Origin: Candidatus Dormiibacterota bacterium
GTDB lineage: Bacteria > Chloroflexota > Dormibacteria > Aeolococcales > Aeolococcaceae
Reading direction: 5' to 3'
Length of the DNA: 64,000 bases
NCBI GenBank assembly: GCA_963718525.1
Contig: OY970355.1
Coordinates: 2,184,025-2,248,024, forward strand
In this document: positions 7,998-18,820 of the stretch, one piece after another
Layout of the letters: each line of letters begins with the position of its first letter
Position numbering within the stretch: position 1 is the first letter of the stretch
The notes under the pieces: generated by a model
The model's database searches: none
What the model saw: only the letters and a program-made list of their open reading frames with translations
What the model was told of the DNA's origin: nothing
Position numbers and translations under genes: made by a program

Positions 7998-8668
7998 GGT
8001 CGCCTCGAAGTGTTGTTGTTCAGATACCCATTAGCGACGAGCGCTGCCCGTAACTTACGTCGGGCGTCGAACAGAGCCTTGTAAATGGCGTTTCGGTTCG
8101 AGCCGAGCTCAGCGGCGAGCGCGTCAACGGGGACTTCATTGAGCACGATCGAGACGAAGATCCGACGTTGCCGGTTGGTCAGGACCGTGTCTATCAGCCG
8201 GTGCAAGGCGGCCACCAGTTCCCGCCACTCTGTCTCTTGGGCGGGGTCGAGGGCGAGCCGATTCGGGAGCCGCTCCCAGTGCTCTGCGTCAATCGGCGCG
8301 GTCGGGTTGCGCCAGAAATGACGTCCGATCTTCGTCGAGACCTCGAACATCACGAACTTGAACGCCCAGGTGGTGAATCGGCTATCGCCTCGAAACTGCC
8401 CGGTCTTCGCGATGATGGCCATCAGCGCGTCGTTTGCGGCCTGGTGAGCGATGTCATCGAGCTCGGGTCCACTGATCTTCAGCTGGCCGCTGCGCCGTTG
8501 TACTTCGCTGCGAGCGATGCGCAACAGCAGGGCATGGAGTCGGATCTGGGCAGCATCGCTGTCGCGGGCGCTGCCGCCGAGCGAGCGGAGCCACTCGGCA
8601 GAATCCGGATCCAGCTCTGCATCTAACGTCGCGCATCCGCCGCGTGCGGTCGGCTCCGCTGGCTCCAT
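7994..8668 (-). CDS. ECF-type RNA polymerase sigma-70 factor
   Basis: Region 2 (DDIAHQAANDALMAIIAKTGQFRGDSRFTTWAFKFV) and region 4 (LTNRQRRIFVSIVLNEVPVDALAAELGSNRNAIYKALFDARRKLR). Confidence 0.85.
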   Translation of the reverse strand: MEPAEPTARGGCATLDAELDPDSAEWLRSLGGSARDSDAAQIRLHALLLRIARSEVQRRSGQLKISGPELDDIAHQAANDALMAIIAKTGQFRGDSRFTTWAFKFVMFEVSTKIGRHFWRNPTAPIDAEHWERLPNRLALDPAQETEWRELVAALHRLIDTVLTNRQRRIFVSIVLNEVPVDALAAELGSNRNAIYKALFDARRKLRAALVANGYLNNNTSRRP

Positions 8669-8795
8669 AAACCGATTCTAGTGAGCCCGGCAACTCGTAC
8701 GCTTCGGCGCTCGGTTGATGGAGTCGCTCCCCAATGCCCCGGCCGTCTGAGGCGCACGAGGTAGAACTCGAGGCCGACGCCGCCACCAACCAAAC

Positions 8796-9560
8796 ATGAG
8801 TATCTCGTTGGAGGGTAAGACCGCGCTGGTCACCGGAGCGGGACGAGGCATCGGGCGTGCCGTTGCACTGCAGCTCACTGGTGCCGGTGTTGCGGTTGCC
8901 CTGGTCGCGCGGTCAAAAGACGAGCTCGACGAGACAGCTCATCGGGTGCGCGCGCTCGGTCGAGCTGCACTTGTTGTCCCGGCGGATCTCGGCAAGTTGG
9001 ACGAACTTCAGCGAGCCGTGCGACGCACAAACGACGAACTTGGTGCGGTGGACATACTTGTCAACAACGCTGCGGTCGTCTGGCCGCTCGGTGCGAGCGT
9101 CACCGTCGAGCCAGCCGAGTGGGCGGCGGCGATCGCGATAAACCTCGTGGCCGTCGCAGCGCTGAGTTTCGCGCTGCTCCCGTCCATGCTCGATCGAGGA
9201 TGGGGACGCATCGTCAATGTATCGAGCGCCATCGCCGAGCATCCCGGCGCCATGATCGGAGCCAACGCTTACGCGACCGGCAAGGCCGCCCTCGAAGCCC
9301 ACACGGTCAACCTGGCCGCCGAACTAGCCGGAAGTGGCGTCACCGTCAATGCCTTCCGACCCGGATCGGTCGACACCGCCATGCCCGCGTGGATCCGCGG
9401 CCAAGATCCAGCACGAATCGGGGCGCCACTGCACCAGCGGTTCGCGCGCTCGTATGCCGAAGGCCTACTGATCTCCCCCGAACAGCCTGCCCGGTCTCTG
9501 CTCATGCACCTGCAGCGTGACGCCACAGGAGAGATCTGGGACGTGTCTGACACCACATAG
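8796..9560 (+). CDS. SDR-family oxidoreductase
   Basis: Rossmann motif TALVTGAGRGIGRAV, an NNAA motif, and a Y-x3-K region (YATGKAALEA). Confidence 0.85.
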   Translation: MSISLEGKTALVTGAGRGIGRAVALQLTGAGVAVALVARSKDELDETAHRVRALGRAALVVPADLGKLDELQRAVRRTNDELGAVDILVNNAAVVWPLGASVTVEPAEWAAAIAINLVAVAALSFALLPSMLDRGWGRIVNVSSAIAEHPGAMIGANAYATGKAALEAHTVNLAAELAGSGVTVNAFRPGSVDTAMPAWIRGQDPARIGAPLHQRFARSYAEGLLISPEQPARSLLMHLQRDATGEIWDVSDTT

Positions 9561-9589
9561 CTTCAACCGCACAGTAAGGAGACCCACAC

Positions 9590-10075
9590 ATGACTCTGCT
9601 GCATCCGGGCGACGTTTTCCCTTCGCTCACCGTGATGCCGGTCGGCGGGGCAGCGCTCCAGCTTCCGGATGCGGTCACTGGCCATTTCGCCGCAGTCTTG
9701 TTCTACCGAGGATCGTGGTGTCCATACTGCAACGGCCAGCTGCGGGCCTTCGCGCGAGCTCACGACAGTCTTGCTGTCGTGGACGCGAAGGTGGTCGCAC
9801 TCTCGGTCGATGACGAGAGCACGACCCAAGCATTGATCGCAAAGCTCGGCCTCAACTTCCCCGTCGGATACAGCGCCGACGCCAAGGCCGTCGCAGAGGC
9901 GACCGGGGCGTTCGTCAACCCCGACCCGATGTATCTGCAATCCACGGGGTTCGTGCTCGACCCCGGCGGACGCGTCGTCGTCAGCGTCTACTCGAGCGGC
10001 GCCATCGGGCGGCTCGTCCCCGAGGACGTAGTGGGTTTGATCCGCTACCTGCGCGACCATGCCGCTGCCGCATGA
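9590..10075 (+). CDS. Peroxiredoxin / AhpC-TSA (redoxin) family protein
   Basis: FYRGSWCPYCNGQLRAF active-site motif. AAGGAGA precedes the ATG. Confidence 0.8.
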   Translation: MTLLHPGDVFPSLTVMPVGGAALQLPDAVTGHFAAVLFYRGSWCPYCNGQLRAFARAHDSLAVVDAKVVALSVDDESTTQALIAKLGLNFPVGYSADAKAVAEATGAFVNPDPMYLQSTGFVLDPGGRVVVSVYSSGAIGRLVPEDVVGLIRYLRDHAAAA

Positions 10076-10201
10076 ACACTGCTTCGAACGAAGGAGCAAG
10101 CCGTGGGATCTTCATGATCGCCTGCGTCGCCGCGGCCTGCTGACGCCAAGTGACTAAGATGCCGCCTTGGACCGTCACACGAGAGAAGTCAAGGAGCCGA
10201 A

Positions 10202-10465
10202 ATGACCGCTGCCACCATCGCTGAGCAGGTCAGCGCCATTAACGCCGGCGCGCAGCTTCACTCGGTCTCGACCTCACCACCGTCAATGCCGACGGCGCCA
10301 TCGCATCCCTATGCCCGCACCTTCATCATCGACGCCGACCGTGTCATTCGCTGGATAGACGTTCACCCCGACTACTCCACCCGCCCCGAACCAGCTGACA
10401 TCCTGGCCGCCCACGATGGCTGCCGGGTTCTGACCGTTGACCCGACCCCAAGGAGAAGGACATGA
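10202..10465 (+). pseudogene. Probable remnant of a second AhpC/TSA-family gene (C-terminal part, frame-broken)
   Basis: ...ARTFIIDADRVIRWIDVHPDYSTRPEPADILAA resembles a peroxiredoxin C-terminus. The preceding LGLDLTTVNADGAIA reads in another frame, and there is no catalytic N-terminus. Confidence 0.4.
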
Positions 10466-10758
10466 CGATACGACTGGGCGTGCTCGCCCTCCTCGAAGCT
10501 AAGCCCGGTAAAGGCGATGAGCTTGGCGCCTTCCTCGAGGCCGGTCGGGGCCTCGCGGCGGCGGAACCCGGAACCGTGACCTGGTATGCGTTCAAGATCA
10601 CCGACGCCAGCTACGGGATCTTCGACACCTTCGAAACCGGCGACGCCCGACAAGCCCACCTGGACGGCGAGATCCCCCGAGCCCTCGCCCAGATCGGACC
10701 GGACCTGCTGGCCCGGGACCCTGACATTCGCCTCGTCGACGTCATCGCCGTCAAATAG
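10462..10758 (+). CDS. Antibiotic-biosynthesis-monooxygenase (ABM) domain protein
   Basis: 98 aa, LEAKPGKGDELGAFLEAG...GTVTWYAFKI...YGIFDTFE...AHL, a typical ABM ferredoxin-like fold pattern. Confidence 0.7.
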   Translation: MTIRLGVLALLEAKPGKGDELGAFLEAGRGLAAAEPGTVTWYAFKITDASYGIFDTFETGDARQAHLDGEIPRALAQIGPDLLARDPDIRLVDVIAVK

Positions 10759-10969
10759 ATCAGCGCCTTCGTTACAGGCTGATAAAGGGGCCGGCGACGA
10801 CTGGGAGGGGTTCCGGTATGGCTCTGCTCTACGACCACCCTTTCTCCCGCTCGGGGCTTTCGAGGGGGTCGTATTAGGGATTGACCAGGTTCCCCACGTC
10901 GGTCGCTCCCCCGTGGCTCTAGTGCACCAGGTGGTGTCGTCGATCGGTGAATCTGCGTTGAAGTGACGG

Positions 10970-11548
10970 CTAGGGTAAGGGGGGCCTCAGTCCGTTGAAG
11001 AAGACGGTGACAAGGGTCCGAGATCGCTCGACCCCGTTTGGCGCATCGGTGTCCAGGCAGAGAGCGCTCACGGCACGTAACAGGTCCGCCTGGTTGACGC
11101 CCGGTCGTATCGTCCCGGCCGCGACCCCGGCATCGAGCAGGCGACCCGCGGCGCCGTGCACTCGGGCCTCGGCCGTGCCGACCGGGTACGCATCGAGGTT
11201 GAACACGGTAAGAACGGCTGCCGCAAGGCCGCGTTTGGCGGTGATGAAATTTACCAGTCGCTGCATCCACTTCCCAAGCGCCTCATCCGGGGGCAGCGCC
11301 GCCAGCAGCTGGTCTGCGGCGACGTCGAGGGCGTCAACCTCTTGGCTGTAGAGGGCCCATACCAGCGCGTCACGAGTCGGAAAGTGCCGGTACAGGGTGC
11401 CCATACCGACACCGGCCCGGCGAGCGATCTCATCCACGCCGGCCGTCGGGTTTGTCTTCAGAGTCGCCGCCGCGGCCTCAAGGAGTTGGGCACGGTTGCG
11501 GGCTGCGTCGGCTCGCAGTGGCTTCTCGATGGGGTTATTTGCGGTCAC
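10970..11548 (-). CDS. TetR-family transcriptional regulator
   Basis: N-terminal HTH RADAARNRAQLLEAAAATL...VDEIARRAGVGMGTLYRHFPTRDAL. Confidence 0.85.
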   Translation of the reverse strand: MTANNPIEKPLRADAARNRAQLLEAAAATLKTNPTAGVDEIARRAGVGMGTLYRHFPTRDALVWALYSQEVDALDVAADQLLAALPPDEALGKWMQRLVNFITAKRGLAAAVLTVFNLDAYPVGTAEARVHGAAGRLLDAGVAAGTIRPGVNQADLLRAVSALCLDTDAPNGVERSRTLVTVFFNGLRPPLP

Positions 11549-11652
11549 GGGCTCCCCATTTGACGAAACGGAGTGATCTCCGTATCATATACCGGAGCGC
11601 GCTCCGCTTACCGGATCAGAGGCCCCCTACCGAGGGCGAAGGAGAACACGAA

Positions 11653-12333
11653 ATGGCGGTCACGCTAATCACAGGAGCGAACAAGGGACTCGGACACGAG
11701 ACTGCCCGCCGGCTGATCGATGACGGGCACATTGTGTACATGGGGGCTCGTAGCGTCGAGCGTGGACAGGCGGCCGCGTCCGAACTCGGCGGACGATTTG
11801 TGCATCTCGATGTCACCGATGACGGTTCCGTTGAGTTGGCCATGCGCTCAATCGCCGACCAGGAAGGGCACTTGGACGTCCTGGTCAACAACGCCGGGAT
11901 CGGTCTGCTGGCGCTCAACGGCCCGGAGGCGCTCGAGGTGTTCGACACCAACGTAATCGGCGTCATCCGAGTCACCCAGGCGGCCCTGCCACTGCTGGAG
12001 CGGGCTGACAACCCGGTGGTGGTCAACGTCTCCAGCGCCCTCGGTTCGTTCTGGGCCGTCACCAATCCCGAGCGGCCCGCATCCCGTTATCCCGCGATCG
12101 TTTACGGCGCGAGCAAGGCCGCTGTGTCCATGCTCACGCTCCAGTACGCAAAGGCTCATCCAGACATCAAGTTCAATGCCGTCGAGCCAGGCTACACCGC
12201 GACCGACCTCGGGGGCGGCGGCCACGGGCGGCCGGTGGAGGAGAGCGCCGAGGTCATTGTCCGCATGGCTAGCATCGGCAAGGATGGGCCAACCGGCACC
12301 TTCCAGGAGGACGCTGGCGAACTGGCCTGGTAA
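11653..12333 (+). CDS. SDR-family oxidoreductase
   Basis: MAVTLITGANKGLGHETARRL, NNAG, and YGASKAA motifs. ATG 11653 follows GAAGGAGA. The long upstream extension of ORF 11452 overlaps the TetR gene and is rejected. Confidence 0.85.
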   Translation: MAVTLITGANKGLGHETARRLIDDGHIVYMGARSVERGQAAASELGGRFVHLDVTDDGSVELAMRSIADQEGHLDVLVNNAGIGLLALNGPEALEVFDTNVIGVIRVTQAALPLLERADNPVVVNVSSALGSFWAVTNPERPASRYPAIVYGASKAAVSMLTLQYAKAHPDIKFNAVEPGYTATDLGGGGHGRPVEESAEVIVRMASIGKDGPTGTFQEDAGELAW

Positions 12334-12495
12334 ACCCACTGCCGCTGCGAAGGCGTGAGGGGCAGACCCCACCCTCGGAGGAACACTCATGCGAAACCTC
12401 AGACAGCTCAGCGCTTAGTCACACGAGCGTCGTGTCACCAGACTCACGGCCGCCTGCACCACGTGTCGTGATGCAGGCGGCCGGGTTCTGAGGAG

Positions 12496-12957
12496 TCACG
12501 TCGCCGATGGGCGCGGTTCAGTCAGTGAGGCGATGCATGCAGTGAGCAGGCGCCGCATCTGATCTTGGTCGCTGACATCCAGGTTGGCCAGCATGTCTTG
12601 CTCGACGCGACGAACCGCGGCGCTGGCCACGTGAAGCTGGCGGCGCCCGCGGGCGGTCAGCTCGGTCGGCAGGACTCTGCCGACGGGTGCCTGCGCCGGG
12701 CGGACAACCAGTCCCTCGCGCTCAAGGGCCTGAAGGAGCAGATGCATCGACTGCCGGGTGACGAAGGCGCCGCGGGCAAGCTCGGAGTTGGACAGACCCG
12801 GTCGTTGGGCAAGCAGCTCCAAGCAGGCGTAGTGGGTGATCGTCATCCCCAGCGGCCTCAGCACGGACTCCAGGGCAGAGTGCAGGGCGCTCGCGGCCGC
12901 CTTCAGCATGTACCCGAGCGATGTGTCCAGCGCGATTCCGGGCTCGCCTTGACTCAT
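12496..12957 (-). CDS. MarR-family transcriptional regulator
   Basis: Winged-HTH pattern ITHYACLELLAQRPGLSNSELARGAFVTRQSMHLLLQALEREGLVVR. Confidence 0.85.
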   Translation of the reverse strand: MSQGEPGIALDTSLGYMLKAAASALHSALESVLRPLGMTITHYACLELLAQRPGLSNSELARGAFVTRQSMHLLLQALEREGLVVRPAQAPVGRVLPTELTARGRRQLHVASAAVRRVEQDMLANLDVSDQDQMRRLLTACIASLTEPRPSAT

Positions 12958-13021
12958 GTCAGCATTCTGACATATAGTGGTCGAGTGTCAGAAAACTGAC
13001 ATACTATGAGGAGCCAAACAC

Positions 13022-13390
13022 ATGGCTGTCACCGGACCCGACTTCATCTCACTGCAGGTGCGCGACCTGGAGCGTTCCGCCGCTTTCTACGAGCAATACC
13101 TGGGGCTCAAGCGCTCCAACGCAGGACCGCCGCACGCCGTCGTGTTCGACACCAGGCCGATCGCCTTCGCCGTCCGCGACGTCGTCGCCGGCGTCGACCT
13201 GGACGCGATCGCGCAGCCGGGGCAGGGAATGGCGCTGTGGCTGCACGCTCCCGACGCGCAGGACATCCACGACGCCCTCGCCGCCGCCGGCATGACGATC
13301 ATCTCAGCGCCCGTCGACGGGCCGTTCGGCCGCACTTTCACGTTCGCGGACCCCGACGGCTACCAGGTGACCCTCCATGACCGTGCCTGA
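13022..13390 (+). CDS. VOC / glyoxalase-bleomycin-resistance family protein
   Basis: FISLQVRDLERSAAFYEQYLGL...FGRTFTFADPDGYQVTLH. Confidence 0.8.
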   Translation: MAVTGPDFISLQVRDLERSAAFYEQYLGLKRSNAGPPHAVVFDTRPIAFAVRDVVAGVDLDAIAQPGQGMALWLHAPDAQDIHDALAAAGMTIISAPVDGPFGRTFTFADPDGYQVTLHDRA

Positions 13391-14240
13391 GGCGAGCGCC
13401 CTAGTTTTCGGGGCCACGGGTTCCCTCGGCCGCCACGTTCTGGACGGGCTTGTCGCCCGAGAAACCGCACCCGAGATGATCACCGCGGTCGGTCGTAACG
13501 AGTCGCGCCTAGCGGAACTTGCCGCGGCCGGGTTCGGCACGGCAGCCATCGATCTGTCAGATTCGAACGGTATCGCGAAACTCGTCTCCAGACACTCCGA
13601 CATGGTCCTGATTTCGGGCAGCGACTCGGATCGTCTCTCCCAGCACATGTCCGTAATCCAGGCGGCGAAGAACGCCGATGCCCGCCACGTCTATTACACC
13701 AGCGGCGTTCGGGCCGACGACAGCCGGTTCGAGATCAATGCCGACCACAAAGCAACTGAAGATGCCCTTATCGCTTCCGGGGTGACCTATACGATTCTCC
13801 GGAACACGTGGTACATCGAGAACTACATTCCGTCCTTGGCTTGGCCTCGTTTCACCGGCGTTCTCGCCGCGGCCGTCGGTGACGCCGTCGTTGCGGCAGC
13901 CAGCCGGCGTGACCTTGCGGAGGCGTTGGCCATCGTCGTCACCACGGATGGGCACGACAACGTCACATATAGTCTCTCGGGCGACACGAACTTCAGCTAC
14001 GCGGAAATTGCGGAAGCGATGTCGGTGGTCCTTGAACGGGACGTCACGTACCTCCCGGTCACCCCTGATGAGTTGCGAGTGACGCTCACCGGTTTCGGCA
14101 TGAACGAGGAACTGACCAGCCGCCTGGTAGGCCTTGATGAAACTATCGCTGCTGGAGCATTCTCCCGAGTCGGTGACGACCTCGCCCGTCTTCTCGGCCG
14201 GCCGACAACGGGCCTCGTCGAAGGGCTGACAGAGGAGTGA
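13377..14240 (+). CDS. NmrA-like / NAD(P)H-binding atypical SDR
   Basis: LVFGATGSLGRHVLDGL Rossmann motif and ...YTILRNTWYIENY, typical of the NmrA/SDR_a5 family. Confidence 0.75.
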   Translation: MTVPEASALVFGATGSLGRHVLDGLVARETAPEMITAVGRNESRLAELAAAGFGTAAIDLSDSNGIAKLVSRHSDMVLISGSDSDRLSQHMSVIQAAKNADARHVYYTSGVRADDSRFEINADHKATEDALIASGVTYTILRNTWYIENYIPSLAWPRFTGVLAAAVGDAVVAAASRRDLAEALAIVVTTDGHDNVTYSLSGDTNFSYAEIAEAMSVVLERDVTYLPVTPDELRVTLTGFGMNEELTSRLVGLDETIAAGAFSRVGDDLARLLGRPTTGLVEGLTEE

Positions 14241-14289
14241 ACGCCACAGACGGACAGACAACACCGGCGGACTCGGCTCGTGCCCCATC

Positions 14290-14660
14290 AGCCCTGGGAC
14301 GACAATTCTGGATCAATGCCGTCAGTTTGGATGAGCTGTTATTAACGTCGCTGGCTACCGGCGTGCTATCGGCGCTTCTGGATATCTCGGACGCCGAGCG
14401 CAATGCCCGTTACTCGCTGCGGCGAGACGTGTAGTCCAGGAGCGTTTCGTGGTTGTTCCGGCTGCCGTCTACTCAGGGCACGAAGCGGTCGCACGCTCAC
14501 GGGCGCGCGAAAGTGATTGGTCGACCGTCGCTTTGGCGCTCGCGACGGACGCGGCGATTCTGACCAGCGACCCCGACTTCCTGGGCAGCGGAGTGGTCAT
14601 GTAGCCTACGAGACGCTTGCTACGGAGCTTGAGCGCGCCACAGGGCTGGGACCCGAATGA
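14290..14660 (+). pseudogene. Degenerate PIN-domain (VapC-like) gene remnant
   Basis: ...DWSTVALALATDAAILTSDPDFLGSGVV then TAG. It continues in the +1 frame as VAYETLATELERATGLGPE. This resembles the C-terminus of PIN_3-type proteins, but the N-terminal part is poorly preserved. Confidence 0.3.
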
Positions 14661-14724
14661 TGCGCGCCGCGTCGTCGATGCTTACCTCCGTACACGTATC
14701 GCCGTGGCAAGGTCCAGTGTAGTT

Positions 14725-14985
14725 CGGCCGTTTCCAAACACGGGGATCAGTCGTTATTCAAACCAATTCGCCACAAAATCACTCTAAATCGAACTCAGCA
14801 CGTGGCGAGAAATAAGGACTAGTCTGGGGGACCAGGGGTCGCAGGTTCGAGTCCTGTCTCCCCGATTCGCAGCCCATTGCACTGCGGTGCAGCCCATTCC
14901 ACCGGATTGCAGTGGATTCCAAGTTGCCGGGATCCATTCTGCGGGGACTAGTACTTCTTAGCGGACTCAGTGCCTTCCTGCGATG
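14725..14985 (+). repeat. tRNA-Pro(GGG) 3'-half repeat unit, copy 2 (type B downstream arm)
   Basis: Core 14819-14865 has A at core position 3. The downstream arm is ATTCGCAGCCCATTGCACTGCGGTGCAGCCCATTCCACCGGATTGCAGTGGATTCCA...GCGGGGACTAGT...CCTTCCTGCGA. The upstream hexamer pair is degenerate. Confidence 0.85.
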
Positions 14986-15201
14986 CCATGCGGTTCGCTG
15001 CGGTCGACACCCCAGAGTCTCCAGTTTTGCCGGGGCGGTTCCGTGTTGAATATGAGCAGGCGTCAGCCCTGCCCTCCGTCTCCGGCGGGACTTGCTCGGA
15101 CCAGTTGCGCCCGCGTGGATAATGCGCTCGTGAGCACAAGGCTCGAGCCCGCGCGCCTGATGGTGTCCGAGCCGTCTCGACGCCGTGGCCGGTGAGGCAC
15201 G

Positions 15202-15963
15202 ATGGCCTTGACCGCCAACCAATTGGAGCAGTTCGTCGAGGAGGGCTTTGTCAAGCTCGAACGGGCGTTTCCCGAGAACGTTGGACAGCAGTGTCGACGG
15301 GAGCTCTGGGACGCCATCGGGTGTGACCCATCCGACCGATCGACTTGGACTCAGCCGTTCATTCGCCTTGACAGCTTCGGCACAGCTGCCTTCCGAGCCG
15401 CAGCAAACACGCCTCCGCTACTGGAGGCCTTCGATCAACTCGTCGGCGTGGGGCGCTGGATCGTATTGACCGGTCTCGGAACCTTTCCTCTTCGCTTTCC
15501 CAGCACAGAAGCGCCACTGGAGGCCGGGTGGCATGTGGAAGCCAGCTTTGCGGGGGCTCAACGCGAAATGCGCGTCAATCTGCGCTCCCGTGGTCGCGCG
15601 CTGCTCATGTTGTTCCTCTTCTCCGAGGTAAGCTCCGATGACGCGCCGACACAGGTGCGCGTCGGTTCACATCTCGATGTTCCGCAGTTCTTGAAGTCAG
15701 CGGGGGACGATGGTGTGGCATGGATGACACTGTGCCAACAGGTAGTTCCGGCGTCGGCCGGCCGTCCCATCGAGCTGGCCACGGGCTCGCTCGGAGACGT
15801 GTATCTCTGCCATCCGTTTCTCGTGCACACGGGGACTGCTCATCGTGGCCATACGCCACGGTTCATGGCCCAACCACCGCTCAGATCCATCGAGCCGCTT
15901 GACCTGGACTCGCCGAATCCGACTCCAGTCGAGCGAGCGGTCATCATCGGTCGGGACCGCTGA
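15202..15963 (+). CDS. Phytanoyl-CoA dioxygenase (PhyH)-family Fe(II)/2-oxoglutarate oxygenase
   Basis: LTANQLEQFVEEGFVKLERAF is a typical PhyH N-terminus, and ...CHPFLVHTG... is a C-terminal His motif. Confidence 0.65.
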   Translation: MALTANQLEQFVEEGFVKLERAFPENVGQQCRRELWDAIGCDPSDRSTWTQPFIRLDSFGTAAFRAAANTPPLLEAFDQLVGVGRWIVLTGLGTFPLRFPSTEAPLEAGWHVEASFAGAQREMRVNLRSRGRALLMLFLFSEVSSDDAPTQVRVGSHLDVPQFLKSAGDDGVAWMTLCQQVVPASAGRPIELATGSLGDVYLCHPFLVHTGTAHRGHTPRFMAQPPLRSIEPLDLDSPNPTPVERAVIIGRDR

Positions 15964-16265
15964 CCCGGCCGGCGGTTCGGGTCGCCTCCAAATTCCGCGG
16001 GCCTACGCCACGCGGTGCAGCCATTCTGCCCAATGCACCGCCTTCCAGCCACTAGCGTGGTCGCTCGGCACCTTGTCCGACCTCATGGCCAACGCCGCTG
16101 AGCTGCCCAACAACCGTGTAACTCGGGCACCGCAGGTGGCTGAGCGGTCGGTCGTTCGCTCCGCTCACCGTCGCCAGAGCCCGAATCGCCCCATGTGGCA
16201 AGCGAGCCACGGCACATCCGCCTCGCTCACCCCAGCGTGCCATTAACACACCAGAGCGGATCGAC

Positions 16266-18405
16266 CTAGCTGACCGCGCTGCCGGCGAGCACCTGGTGCG
16301 ACACAGGAACTGTGGCGCGGAGTGTCGTCCCCCGCCCCACGGTCGATTCGACCTGAAGGTTCCCCCCGAGGGCATCGAGGCGGTCTTCCATATTGGTCAG
16401 CCCATTGCCGCGAGCGGTAGTGCTGACGACAAAGCCGCGCCCGTCATCGTTGACCTCGACAGTGAGCAGATCACCGTCCTGCCTTAGGCGCACGACGGCT
16501 CTCGATGCCTTCGCGTACTTCTGAATGTTCTGAAGGGCTTCGAGAATGCAGAAGTACAGTGCGGCCTCGGTGTCTTGTGGATAGCGTCCGATGCCATCGA
16601 TTTCGATGGTGATCGGCAGCGTGGCCTTGCGCGCCTGGGCTTGGAGGGCGGTGGGCAGGCCCTTCTCAGCCAGCAGCGGGGGATAGATGCCGCGGGCCAG
16701 ATCGCGGAGCGTCTCCAATGCTTCATCCGCATCGCCTTTGAGTTGCTCAAGAGTTGTGATCGCCTTCTTCGGATCTTTCGTCAGCAACATCTCGACGAGG
16801 CCGAGCTTGACCTTGATCGCCACCAAGTATTGCTGGGCTCCATCGTGGAGGTCGCGCTCCAGCTTGCGGCGTTCATGATCTTGTGCAGCCACGAGCCTCT
16901 GCCGGGAGCCTCGGAGGTCCACAAGTCGGGCTTGCAAATCAGCGGTGAGGCCGACATTCTTGAGGACGAGACCCGCCTGATGGGCGAGGTCGTCCATGAG
17001 CTTGATCTCGATCGGCGAGAGCGATTCGCCGCGACGCTTGGTCACTGTCAACGCACCCAGCACGTCGCCCTGATGGCGAACCAGCAGTGATCGATCCGCA
17101 TTGGGGATCGAGAGTTCTCCAGCGCCGTTCAAGTGCAACACCGAGGGTATTGCGGCATCGAGCGGGAAGGCTGCAGCACGACGCAACTCATCGCCGCTGC
17201 GCAGCCAGATCTCGGAGAGTTCAGCAGCGGTGCCTTCCGCGAGGACCCGGGCCATACGCGGGAGCACCTCGTCGCTGGCGTACAACTCGGCAACCCGCTC
17301 GGAGAACTGTGAGAGGACTTCGTACGGAGTAGCTCGCTTCCCGTAGACGAGCAGATTCGCAACTCGCTGTACCCGCTCCCGAACCGGCTGGAAGCCAATG
17401 GCCACTATGGCGGTGGCGAGAATGGACAGGGCCAGGTTGGGTTTGCCGCCACTGCCGACGAGAGTGCCGATGCCGACTGCGATGCCGACGTATACCGCAG
17501 TGATGAAGACAGCCAGTGAGCCGTACACGATGCTCCGGCCGATGAAGACGTCGAGGTCGTAGAGGCCGTACCTCATCACAGCGAGCCCGATTGTGAGCGG
17601 GAGGGCGACTACAAGCCCAAAGTCTAAGGTGTAGTTGTCTATGGCAGTCCCCGCATTGGAGAGGAGCGGCGTGAACGTCAAGATGAAGATTCCCAAGGCA
17701 GTGGCAGCCACATAGGCAAACCAGCGCATTTGGCGCCGTTCAACGCCCCGCGACCGGCGGAAGCGCACCACCACCGCCGTTACTAGAATTACGAAAATCA
17801 GCAGGAACAGCAGGCTTTGAAAGCCGCCGTTAATGTTGGTCAGGCTATCGAGTGCGGGTATCGCGAGAGGGTTGGTCAGACTGGGCAGCCGCGGCGATAA
17901 CTGCGCCGATTGCGTTGAAACCATCGTCGATGCAGTCAGGACAACGGCGGTGGTAAGCCCCACCCAGGCGGCCCATCGCCAGCGCGGTCCGGGCAGTATC
18001 CGTCCGTTAGGGAAGACGAAGACTACGAAGAGCAGCAACAAGGCACCAATACCAAAGCCGTTGTTGTACACCCAGGCTGCCCATGTCACCCAAGCGCGAG
18101 GTGATGCGCCGGATAGCAACCCGCGCATCGCGATGAAGTCGGCGAAAAGGCAGATTGAGTCAGCCACAGCAATGGCCAGCAGCAACCAACCAATCGAGTT
18201 CCGGGGGCGGCGGATCGCGATCAGCACGCCGAGGATGGCGGTGATGGGCGCACCGAGGAAATAGCCCAACCGCGCGGTTCTCACCGAGTTCGATCGCCTT
18301 CCAGTCGAGCGGCAACAGGACCAGGCTGGCAACCACCAGTCCGAGGCAGAACACCCCCACACACCAGGCGAGCGGAACGGCCCTGCGCTCCCAGCGTGCT
18401 GTCAT
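16266..18405 (-). CDS. Sensor histidine kinase, paralog of 1859-3988, with an apparent N-terminal frameshift
   Basis: It aligns along its length with the first kinase (e.g. VFITAVYVGIAVG.G.LVGSGGKPNLALSILATAIVAIGFQPVRERVQ; H-box LERDLHDGAQQYLVAI). The uninterrupted ORF is 16266-18362. The homologous start MTARWERRAVPLAW...LDWKAIELGEN is in another frame (ATG 18405), with the frame break at about 18270-18280. Confidence 0.75.
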
Positions 18406-18820
18406 GAGGCCACAGTACCCGCGGGCCTGATGGGCTGTCGATGGTGCAACCGCCCCCCGCGAAAGGGTGGCTGCACTCCTCGCTCTCGAGAGGCGGCGCG
18501 ATTTCAGCGACGGTGAGTTTAGAAACCAAGACCCCGCGCCCGCCTCCGAGCAGCGCCAACGCAGCCTTGATGCGGTTCGCGTCAGGCCCACCCTCAGGGC
18601 CGTCACTGTGCCGCCGTGTGAGGAATCCCTCGCTCACCCTGGCGTACAACTTTCACACCAGAACTCGGGACGGCAGTGGAGCTAGCGGCGCATCCTACAA
18701 GTGCGTAGGCCACAGGCTGGTCGTAGCCGATGAACCGCGAGGTGGGCGTGAGGCTCCAGCCGTTGTCGGCAAGCCCGGCCCTGGCCCCTTCGCCGAGGCC
18801 AGGGTCGGACTCATTCGGAT

